Virus record (IMG/VR): IMGVR_UViG_3300011832_000001 | Span: 59,867-123,866 of that record | Length of the DNA: 64,000 bases | Source: a virus | Lineage: Duplodnaviria > Caudoviricetes | Strand: one strand, 5' to 3' | In this document: positions 48,208-58,006 of the stretch, in pieces | Layout: each line of letters opens with the position of its first letter | How positions within the stretch are numbered: position 1 is the stretch's first letter | Program-made: the position numbers and the translations under genes | The notes under the pieces: model-generated | What the model saw: only the letters and a program-made list of their open reading frames with translations | Told to the model about the DNA's origin: nothing | Database searches by the model: none

Positions 48208-48465
48208 GTGAAAGTTCCAAAATATCTGAGTTTATTAGAGGTTTCTGAGATTTTAGAGATTCCTATACTGTCTGTCGTTAAGCTATGTGAAAACAAAAAG
48301 CTTATTAGTCATAGGACATTAGAAGGGATTGGGAAATGGAGAATAGACAGTTATCAGTTCAAAGATGCTGAGAACTATTATAAAATTGTTGATAAATACA
48401 AGAAGCTAAGAGAAGCAACAGAGATTGTAATCGAGATGGTTGAAGGGGAGTATAAATTAAAATAG
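48208..48465 (+). CDS. MerR/excisionase-like HTH protein
   Basis: YLSLLEVSEILEI...GKWRI. Confidence 0.7.
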   Translation: MKVPKYLSLLEVSEILEIPILSVVKLCENKKLISHRTLEGIGKWRIDSYQFKDAENYYKIVDKYKKLREATEIVIEMVEGEYKLK

Positions 48466-48532
48466 GCGATTATAAGTGTTGACTTATGGTCGCTTTTATG
48501 CTATACTTAAATTAAAGAAAGGATGAATTATT

Positions 48533-50145
48533 TTGGAAAATGTAGATTATAAAAACAAAGCTGAGGAACTAAGAGCTATTGCAGAGAAAAAAGTTCGTGA
48601 AAAGGTCGAAGCGAAAAAAGAAAAAGAAAGAGAAAAAATTCTTGCAATATACAACGATATTCTAAAATTATCAGAGTTATCAGCTAGTAATGGTGAATTC
48701 AAACTAACTGTTGATAAGGTTTTATTCTCAAAAGATAGTGATGATAAATTTATATCAGATAATGAATTTGACGAATATCTTTTTTCGGAAGTGACAGAAA
48801 AACTAGAAGCAGATGGTTTCACTGTTGAAAAGTTCTTCACAGGAAACATTGCAATTCATTGGTGATATTATGAGAGAATCTAGAATTGTAGAAAGTGTAA
48901 AAAGAGATTTAATTAAAGAGATAGAACTATTTAAATCATCTTCAAGATATAGGTATCACGATTTTATAATATCTCTTAATGTTCCTAGTATGGATGTTGG
49001 TTTAATGACAGATATGATAAAAGAGGTATCTTCTAATGAGGGTGTCGATATTGTTGGTATTACCTATACGAGAGCATATCCTAAAATTAATATAATTCTC
49101 ATTGAGGTTGAATTTGAAAGAAAGAAGACACCACCAAGAAACCCAAATAAAAGAACAACAAAGATTAGTGCTGAAAAAAGCATAGAAAGAATGAAGGAAG
49201 AAAATAAAAGATTCTTGAGAGGATGGTTAGATTGAAGTTTATTAAAAAAATTATTAAATTGCCATTTAAGCTAAGTAAACATTTCATTGACGGAGTTTTA
49301 GATGGGTTGTCAGACCTATGAGTGAAATCAAAGAGCTGAAAATGGAATTTGAATTTTTATGTAAAGAGTATGTTAACGGCAATCGAAAAGACGATGGAAC
49401 TCTAGAGAGAATCAAAGGATTGCGAGATTGGTTTAAGATGGAGTTACATTATCATGATAGTTATTTAGACACAGTTGATATGATGATGTATGTCGTGGAG
49501 GGATGATAATGAAAGTTAGAGAACTTATTGATAAGTTATTGGATTTAGCTGTCGAACATGAAGATGCAGATATATATGTATTAGCTGATGAAGATGATGG
49601 AACTACATGGTACAAATTAGCAAATAGCGTGAGCTTTGATGTAGATGGAATCTATATATCTTATGATTTTATGATAGATAGACAATTAAAGATTAAAAAC
49701 CTTGAAGAACTACGAAAAAAGCTAGAAGAGAATAACAATCAATGTTTAAGCTTATGTATATTAACAGATATGGATGAGATGTCAGAGTTGGTTGAAGAAT
49801 CTAAAAAAATAAGAGACAAGATTAATTATCTTGAATCTGAATTAGGAGAGAAATGATATGAAAAGAGCACATGAAATGATGCCTATTAAGAAAATTGATT
49901 TTGATAAAGTAAAAAAGATTAAAAAGAATAACTCACAAGCAATTAATTTCATTGAGGAAGTTATCAAAGCTAGGGTAGCAGAAGGTCGTAAGAATGCATT
50001 TATTGAAACAGAATTAATTGACAAACGTATCGAATCAGATAATGGCGGTAGTGATATTATTTGGTACTTTGAAGAGTTGGGGTATGTTCTTAGAGTTTAT
50101 ATGATTACAAGTGAGCAACAAATTTTTGAGGTATGTTGGGGATGA
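48533..50145 (+). other. Small hypothetical CDS (48533-48865, 48813-49235, 49318-49506, 49503-49856, 49858-50145)
   Basis: Coupled ORFs. Confidence 0.55.
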
Positions 50146-50354
50146 ATAATCCAACAGGAAATTGTAGATGGTGTAATGGAAAAGGTGAGTGTATGGGTTA
50201 TCCATGCGCTGACTGCGAAGGAACAGGTTTTGTTGGTGGATTGAAAGCGAAAGCTGAGTTCGATAAACTGTGGGCTGAAACGATGTATAGATTGGGAAAT
50301 AAATTAAAAATCGAAGATGAAGAAATGATTCGACAGATTATGGAGGATGATTGA
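50133..50354 (+). CDS. DnaJ-type zinc finger protein
   Basis: CRWCNGKG...CADCEGTG. Confidence 0.7.
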   Translation: MLGMNNPTGNCRWCNGKGECMGYPCADCEGTGFVGGLKAKAEFDKLWAETMYRLGNKLKIEDEEMIRQIMEDD

Positions 50355-50773
50355 ATGTGAATTTGTTAAATAGAGAAATCAAACATCTTCTAATAAAGGG
50401 TATAATGAACTTCTTTACAGGAGAAGAAGAGAGAAATGGCAAGTACGGAATTTCTATTGCGATGGATATCAAAGGTCATAACAAATCAGATGTTGAAAAT
50501 GAATTTAAAGACGTAGTTGAAGAGATTAATGAAGCTTTGGAGGATTTCTTTTTAATAAAGCCTGTAAGTAACTACCTAAATGAACATTATAACATTATTA
50601 CTTTTATTATGGAAGTTGAAGGACGAAGTATATCTTTAAAAGATTGCAAGTGGTGCAATGGTAGCGGTATTGATTATCAACACTACCCATGTCCTGATTG
50701 TCAAGGTTCGGGTTACGAAAGTGGATTGTATGCTGTTGAATTGAATGATATAATTGCAAGTCTTTATGGATGA
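50351..50773 (+). CDS. Protein with C-terminal DnaJ-type zinc finger
   Basis: CKWCNGSG...CPDCQGSG. Confidence 0.7.
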   Translation: MNVNLLNREIKHLLIKGIMNFFTGEEERNGKYGISIAMDIKGHNKSDVENEFKDVVEEINEALEDFFLIKPVSNYLNEHYNIITFIMEVEGRSISLKDCKWCNGSGIDYQHYPCPDCQGSGYESGLYAVELNDIIASLYG

Positions 50774-52096
50774 GGTATGCTATGAAAAATAAACGAATGA
50801 AAAAGAATAGAAAAAAGTTTAAGAGCATGATGAATCAAATGGTTGTTGAAAACATGGCTAACAACTATTCATTTAGATGTATGAGTTCTATTATGAAGAA
50901 CTTAGAAATGCTAAATAAGAATGCCGTATATAGACGTAGATGGAGAGCTAGCCATAAACAATGTGTAAAACACGCTAAGAGTACATTGTATAAAGAAGTT
51001 AAAAAATTTTAAGGAGGTTCTGAATGGATAAAAACACTTTAAAAGAAAAAATCAAACATATTGAAAATCAAATAGAAGCGATGAAAAAGGATTTAGATAT
51101 TGTTTCTAAATATTCTAAATTTCCTTTGGAAAGGTCTATAAAAAGTTTAGAAGATGAGTTGCAAGAGATAAAAGAATTAGAATTGATGATGTCAGAAAAC
51201 GAGGAGAAAGGCATCGCTGAATTAAGTAGAGGTTTTCAAAGCTATGTTCTTAGAAATATAAATAAAGTAAAAGACTATCCTCTGTTTGAAACTCTAGACC
51301 TATCTATGAATGGATACGAGCTTGATTTTTTTCTCAAGAGATTGGAAGTTGATTTTGGAGTTTATTGTACAAAGACAATTGGCGCTAATCACATATTAAT
51401 TACAATTTCAAAAATATAAAATATAAGGAGAGATAATATGGAACTTAAAGGACTTAGAAATGCAAAACAAATGAATGAGCTTGTCGAGGAGCGAAAAAAG
51501 TATAAAGAAGAAATGGAAATATCGCAACTTTTGATTAAACATAATCGAGATTTATCCATTATCAATGAACTTGTTTATAGTAAGGCTATGGATGCAGAAA
51601 CATCGGTTAAGGTTTATTTCAAAGACTTAGAAGATGCAAAGACTGTTGAACAATTAAAGGAACTTGCTTTGTGCTTGAGTTTTAGAGGGTACAATTACGG
51701 TTACTTGAACGGACAAGGAACAAGACTTAGAGAAAGCGATACTATTTGGGGTCTTGTGGTTTTATGGGGAGATAAGAGTAGATGAAAGATGTAATTCAAG
51801 AAAGACTTCATGGTGGTTGATTAAAGGGAGGTTATAGAGATATGGATGGAATTAGAGAAAAAATTTATGAGTCATATGAAGACATCCAATTGAACTCAAA
51901 CCTAATTAAACATATTAGAGTTTGCGGAATAAGTGACATTAAAGAATTTGAAGAATTTATAAATAGAATGGAAAAAGAATTAAATATAAAAATAGAAATA
52001 ATCGAAGGTGAAGTTGATTTGTTTTTAAAAATCAGAAATTATAGAAAAGCATTTGTTTCTAAATCTAATTTTGGGAAATCGGATTTAGGACTTTAA
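50770..52096 (+). other. Small hypothetical CDS (50770-51012, 51024-51419, 51438-51785, 51842-52096)
   Basis: RBS-preceded ORFs ending at the terminator near 52101. Confidence 0.55.
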
Positions 52097-52100
52097 TTCA

Positions 52101-52122
52101 AAGAGCTGAAAAGCTCTTTTTT
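52101..52122 (+). terminator. Rho-independent terminator
   Basis: AAGAGCT-GAAA-AGCTCTT + T-run. Confidence 0.8.
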
Positions 52123-52375
52123 ATTTGCATTAAAAACCCATCTTTAATAAGATGGATTCAGAAATTATACTTTAAACTTACGCAATCGTTACTTTGTACT
52201 TACGGTTTTTCAATTTTTTTGAAGGTGAGTCACAATAAATTTGAGGGCGAGCACAATAATCCTTCGAGCATTTGCGTGACAATATGCCCTCCCTGCGGAG
52301 TAAATTTATCATAGTAAGACACTATTAAGACATTTATAAGTATTGTTGTTTGTTGATAAAATAAAAAACTACTAA

Positions 52376-53011
52376 TTAAAGTGGTTGTTTATGAGATTTA
52401 TTAACTTTTATGATATTTAGAATGGTGTCGCACTCGTATTCCTTTAATGTCTTTTTGGATAGTTGCATCGTATTTTCAAAGACAATCAAATCAAAGCTTT
52501 GTAAAGCTAATAGTTGGTTTCTTACAATTGAACGTGAATAAGCGTTCGGTTTCAAACCTGTATTTTCACAAATAGAATCTAAGCTTATATGGAGAGGTAT
52601 GCCTTTTTCAATGTGTTTGTATTTATCATTAAATAATCTAAACATTGTTCCTAGATAAATATAAATACGAATAACTTTATCATTGGATGCATTAGATAAA
52701 AACTTTATAGTCTCTGTTTCTGATTTAAAGAAAAGTTCGGGGTCAAGTAAATAGATATTGCCATCTTTTTCTTCAATTAAATTAACGCTAGATAGATAGT
52801 TTATTTTATTTCTAAATGTATTATAACTCATCGGTTGTTGTTTTCTCAATCTAACTAAATCCAACTCTGTAACATATCGCTTTTGATTAGATGTGTCGAA
52901 ATTAGAAACACTCAGCAAGAAAGCATATGTTTTATAGCAAATCTTACTGTCAGTTAAATGTTCTTTTTTGGACGAGATATGTCTTTCTGATTTTTTACTC
53001 AATATAATCAC
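52376..53011 (-). CDS. Putative tandem winged-helix DNA-binding protein (replication initiator-like)
   Basis: MSYNTFRNKINYLSSVNLIEE and SLDSICENTGL...LLALQSFDLI wHTH patterns; AGGAG RBS. Confidence 0.45.
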   Translation of the reverse strand: MIILSKKSERHISSKKEHLTDSKICYKTYAFLLSVSNFDTSNQKRYVTELDLVRLRKQQPMSYNTFRNKINYLSSVNLIEEKDGNIYLLDPELFFKSETETIKFLSNASNDKVIRIYIYLGTMFRLFNDKYKHIEKGIPLHISLDSICENTGLKPNAYSRSIVRNQLLALQSFDLIVFENTMQLSKKTLKEYECDTILNIIKVNKSHKQPL

Positions 53012-53089
53012 TCCTTAAATATTAGGGCACACCCTATATACATATTATAACATATTATAAAGTAAAAATCAATACGCAATAAACTACCC

Positions 53090-53198
53090 CCCCTTACTTC
53101 GTAGGGGTTAGGCTTAACTTTCGCTACGCTCAGTTAAGGTCGCTACGCTGAGTATTACACTAAACTTTATTCACTCCGTTCATAAAGTAAGTGTAATA
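53090..53198. repeat. Hairpin cluster with TCRCT.CGYTC and CTTCG loops
   Basis: 53090-53107, 53113-53138, 53153-53198. Confidence 0.75.
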
Positions 53199-54023
53199 TG
53201 TCTTGTTTAAAAAGTAGGAGAAAATAAGCAAAAAGAAGTAGTTTTAAGCTAAAAAAATATAATAAATAACGAAAAGATAACAAATTTATCGGGGTATCTA
53301 GGCATAAAAATATAGGGAGTTAGAGGGGTTTTGAGAAACAATAAGGATTTATCGATAAACGATATATCGAAAAACAATAAATATAGTGGGAAGTCTAAGG
53401 CTCAATATAAGGCGATTTAAGGCTCTGTAAGGAAAAATAGGGGTAAACGGTTAGGAAAGGGCAAGAAGTGTCTGAGAGGAGCTGTGAGAGACTGAGATAG
53501 GCAAAAATCAGGGTAGGGGAAGCTGTAAAAAATCTAGTGCCGTAGGCGGTTAGTGCTTAACAGCTCTGTGAAAAATAAGGTCGCCTGACCGTAAAAAAGA
53601 CCCCCCGTTATATAACTATAATTATCTAACATTAGTTATACTGATATAACTTGTGCGGTATGTGAAATAAGATATATTGGAATTTAGTTATGACTATATA
53701 ATTATGAGCACATAACTATTTTTTCGATCTTGAAAATCCTTTAGTGCGGTAAAGCGTCGCAACGTTACATTAACAGCGAGCGATTTCGTTAACACAATTA
53801 CATTGAGAAGTCAATAGTTTTTTAAAATTTTTTTTGAGTTCATCCGACCATAATTTTAAGAATCACGAATCACACTTTTTTCGTTCTGTCAATACTTTTT
53901 TTATTCCTTTAATTCCGACCTGTTTAGTCGGCATCATCCAGAAGAAAAAAGCACGTTTTTTCTACTGGCTGAAAAATCTAACGATCTTGATTTTCGCATT
54001 TCAAAATTTTGAAAATGACGGAA

Positions 54024-54052
54024 CAAAAAAAGGACTCTTTCGAGTCCCTTTC
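54024..54052 (-). terminator. Terminator of the GC-rich cassette
   Basis: GGACTC-GAAA-GAGTCC + T-run on the minus strand. Confidence 0.8.
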
Positions 54053-54055
54053 ATT

Positions 54056-55447
54056 TTAGATATATTCGCATTCGAGAGTGTCTACTGATTCTTCAAGATA
54101 CGGGCGAGCCGTTTCCCACATTTCCATCGTTTCGTTGATATCAATATCAACGTACTGGCTAACTGTCATGTAACCCGACTGGAGATACTCGATAACGTCG
54201 TCAACGTCCATTTGGTTTAACTCCTCTTCAACGGCTTCCTGTACGTCGCTCAAGTCGAGATATTCGCTAACCGTGTCCGATTCCATCCAGTAGGTATAGC
54301 CATAATCGTCCGTGTCGTCAAGCTCAACGCCCTCACTGGCTTGCATCTCGTTAACGTTAACCAATCCCATGAGTTCTGTATGCAACTCATCTGTTAGACC
54401 CATTTCCGTTACAAGTTCCATTGCCTCGTCTAAGTCGTCCTGTTCGTCAATCTCGTGAGCCTCTAGCACCTCGTTAACCGTTTCCAGTAGTTCGCTTTCC
54501 ATGTAGCTCGTAAACGACGCTTCAACATCAACGTGTCCCCGATAGTAATAGTCAACCCGTTTTTCTAGCTCGACCTCGTTTTCTTGAATTTGGATTGTGT
54601 CCATCTCGTGAGCCTCGACAGTCTTCCCTGTCCGTACCATTTCATCAACGAACAAACGAATGAACGTGTACGCCTCGCTATCACGGTAATAGGTTTTGCT
54701 ACCAATGTGGACAGAACCGTTAATGTCTTGTGCAATTGTGATTCGTGCAATGTGGCTGTCTTGCTCATACACCTCATCATAACGGTCACGAGATAAAGCG
54801 CCGTCAAGCGTTTCGAACAGGCTCACTGTACCAATGGCAGGAGATAGGAGAGAGCCTAAAACGCCCACGCTGTTGCAATCCCATCCGTTCGCCACAATAT
54901 CTTGACAAGACCCGAACCGACCTAATGCGGTCATCCCTGCCACGTCCTGAGTACGGAACGACAGACGGACAAACATTTCATTCTTGACTTTTTCAAAATA
55001 ACCGCCTTTTTGGTCTTGCTCCTCTAAGCGCTTAAGCGCCCGTCTTGCATCGTTTACCCATGCGCTAATACGTCCTGACTCCTCGTGTGATTCTGCCATG
55101 CGCTCGACCCGTCTCATATAGGCGTTGACCGCCTTATAAAATTTCTTGCCGTCAAGCGTTTTGCGCTTAGAAACGCTGTCAATGTCGAATTGAGGCATAT
55201 CAGTGTCGAATTTCACGAGATAAGCAAGCTAGTTTTTGAAGGTAATGACGGCACTCTCGAACGCTTCACGGTATCCGATTTTGGAAATCGAGTAAATTCC
55301 CTCTAAATCATGTTCCGACTTGACAAACTGGAAATCAGCAGGGTTGATATAAGATTTTTGGTTAGCTCGTGCGAATAGCGATTCAGTAAGACCAAAATTT
55401 TCGACAAGTGCAGAAGCTGATACGATTTTCGTTAATTGGGTTGACAT
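54056..55447 (-). CDS. Acidic protein, one reading frame (463 codons) interrupted by an in-frame TAG at 55229-55231
   Basis: Track ORFs 55229-55447 and 54056-55216 share a frame (FKN*LAYLVKFDTD); only the upstream ATG has an RBS (AGGAGG). Confidence 0.7.
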
Positions 55448-55478
55448 TTGGTTTTCCTCCTTTTTTCAGCGAGCGTTT

Positions 55479-55532
55479 GGACTCGTCAGCGTTGGCTTTA
55501 CCAACGGACGGGCTAGAAAGCCCGTTTCGTCC
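55479..55532 (-). ncRNA. Hammerhead ribozyme, type II
   Basis: GGAC-GAAA-CGGGC-TTTCTA-GCCCG-TC^-CGTTGG-TAAAG-CCAACG-CTGACGA-GTCC: full core and three perfect stems. Confidence 0.93.
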
Positions 55533-55566
55533 TTTGCAGGGTTTGGGGACTTTCGTCCCCGTCCCT

Positions 55567-55869
55567 TCATTCGTTCTCGACGTATAAGTTTTTAGGAGTG
55601 CCTACACGCTTCTCAAACTCCTCAATAGCATCCCATGCATCCATTGTGTAGAATCCGTTCGTGAGGCAGTCGCCGTGATGGTCTGTCCATACAATGTGCA
55701 TACCGTCCGAGATACGGATAGCGTGATAGATAGCAGAACGGCTTTCCCATGCCCATGCGACATTAGAAAGAGTTATATTCATGCCTGAGAGTGAGCAGAC
55801 GTGCGATTCGTGCGAGCGTACCATTTCTTGGTGTTTTTGGATGGCATTTGGCAATTTTGGTTCGAACAT
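55567..55869 (-). CDS. Hypothetical protein, first gene of GC-rich cassette
   Basis: AAGGGG RBS; downstream of promoter. Confidence 0.7.
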   Translation of the reverse strand: MFEPKLPNAIQKHQEMVRSHESHVCSLSGMNITLSNVAWAWESRSAIYHAIRISDGMHIVWTDHHGDCLTNGFYTMDAWDAIEEFEKRVGTPKNLYVENE

Positions 55870-55932
55870 GGTAATTATCCCCTTTTCGTTGGAAGTATTT
55901 GGTAGAGGTTGTTGTGTCCCTCTCCTTGACTT

Positions 55933-55998
55933 AAATATACCACACTGGCAGGATAGTAGGTTACAGAACGGTTACAGTTATATTACAGAATTATTACA
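55933..55998 (-). promoter_or_regulatory. Promoter with four tandem WalR-type half-sites and extended -10
   Basis: TGTAAT-N5-TGTAAT-N5-TGTAAC-N5-TGTAAC (55998-55960), then TG-G-TATATT; no TTGACA at -35. Confidence 0.7.
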
Positions 55999-56870
55999 TT
56001 GTGACATACTAATTAGTTTGGGCATTTTTTGAACGCCTTTATATAGTAGAAACTCGGTACGGGATGCCCGAACCCGTTGGCGCTCTAAGCGATCTCGATT
56101 TTCGCTTTTACGCTTTAGCGAACTAAAGTATCGTGCGATGATCGACCCAAAAAGTGATCGAACCCAAAACGCTTTAGTCTGATAAAGAACTAAAGGATTC
56201 GATTCGTTCGATCTTGATTTTTGCTATATAAAAAAAGTGTTGACAAACGTATTTTTTTGTGATTTTTTTCAGGGATTTTTTTGGTAAAAATAGGGAAATC
56301 GTCGAGATTGAACGCTAGGCGGTCGGTCAATACCTAGATACCCGAAAAGGCTAGGAACGCTTAAAACGGCTCTCAGAGCGTCTAACGATTATATCGTTAA
56401 ATGATATAGTCGAAAATTTGGGGTTGACAAGGCAGAATTTTTGTGATTCGATCTCGTTTTTTTGAAAATATATTTTCACTTTTTTCATTCCATTTTTTCC
56501 AGTTGCTACCAAAAATCGAGTATGCAAACGGCTTTCTAATTGAGAATGAGTGAGAATGGCTCTGTTGAGCCGTTTTTTTGAAAATAATTCGTGAAAAGGA
56601 TTTAGATGGTAGGATACCTGAGAACGCTGGAAGCTCTTAAAACGCCTCCTGTGGCGTCTGAGAGCATATCATTTTCCGACGGTTGAATGTAAGCGCTTTC
56701 ATTGCCTTTTTAAGCGTTTGCATAGATATGCAAGGCTATGCATAAAAATTCTACTTGACTTTTTCATTTTCATAATGTTTTCATTTTGCATTCGGGCAAC
56801 AAAAAAATCATAGCGATCTCGAATTGTCAAGAACTTTTTTTTAAGTTCATTTGAACTTAAAAAAATGGGA

Positions 56871-57496
56871 CTTTAGCGCAGTAAAGTTCTACACTTTACC
56901 GCACTAAAGCGTTCATGTATTAATGCTTTACCGTACTAAAGTTTTTTCAATTTTCAGAATATTCAGATTACTTTAGCGCAGTAAAGTTTTAAAGTGCATT
57001 ACTTTAGCGCATTAAAGCGTAACGCTTTAGCGTACTAAAGTTTTTTAAATTGTCGGTTTTTTCAGAAAACTTTAGTGAAGTAAAGCGTCAACGTATTAAT
57101 ACTGTACCGCACTAAAGCGTTAATGCTTTACCGCTTTAGCAGACTAAAGTATTTTGAATTTTCTGAAAATTGAGAAAACTTTAGCACTTTAGTTTGGTAA
57201 AGCGTTCATGCTTTAATGTACTAAAGGATTCATAATTTTCACGTTTTTCAGAAAACTTTAATGCTTTAGCGTGATGAAGTGTTTAGTGCTTTACTGTAAT
57301 AAAGGATTCTGAATTGTCTGAAAATTGAGAATACTTTAATGCTTTATCAGACTAAAGGAATTCTAATTTTTCGAAAAACGAGAATATTCAGAATTGTGTC
57401 TGATTTTCACACAATTTAAATTGTTTGTATTTTGTACACAATTAAAACAATTCTGACTATTCTGAATTTTTCCTTTAATGCTTTAGCACACTAAAG
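56871..57496. repeat. Array of CTTTA-N6-TAAAG dyads
   Basis: 15 copies counted (13 exact, 2 with one mismatch); 3 more at 53739, 56113 and 56172. Confidence 0.9.
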
Positions 57497-57740
57497 TTTT
57501 CTCGTTTTCATGAAAATTAGAAAATTCTAATTGTTTGAATTGTTCGAACAATTGACACAATTTAAATTGTTTGTGATTTTGACACAATTCAGAATTGTTT
57601 CAATTTTTGCTACAATTAGAATATTCTGAATATTTTGAATTTTCAGTTTTCGATCTCGAATTGTCAGAATATTCAGAATTGTTTGTATTTTTGACACAAT
57701 TCAGAAAATTCAGAATTCGATCTCGTTTTCGCACAATTCA
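57380..57740. repeat. ACACAATT/AATTGT and TTCAGAA repeat field
   Basis: About 7 CACAATT-type copies; near-duplicate segments at ~57410 and ~57556. Confidence 0.8.
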
Positions 57741-58006
57741 AATTTTTTTCTTTCATTTTTGTTTTCATAAAAAGGCATTTCAAATTCTCACTTAGATTTG
57801 AATTTTAGTATATGCATTAACAGAAGCCTCTCGAAACTTCATGGACTTTTTTGAAAATAAAATTTGAAAATTTTTTTGAATTTTACTATATGCATTAACA
57901 GCGAGGTCTAAAAACCTCATGGGTTTTTTCTAGTGAACTTGACTTTTTCTTCTATATATGGTACAATTAAAGTAATGTTTAACAATCATGAAAGGATGAA
58001 AATATT

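Noticed and set aside
55229-55231. Genome-wide TAG recoding
   Set aside because: All other long genes are open under the standard code; only one internal TAG was seen
56871-57496. CRISPR array
   Set aside because: Repeats are 16-bp dyads with irregular spacing and no unique 30-40-nt spacers; no cas genes
57595-57795. 66-aa ORF (also 53834-54088 and 55781-56032)
   Set aside because: Low-complexity translation of repeats or antisense; no RBS
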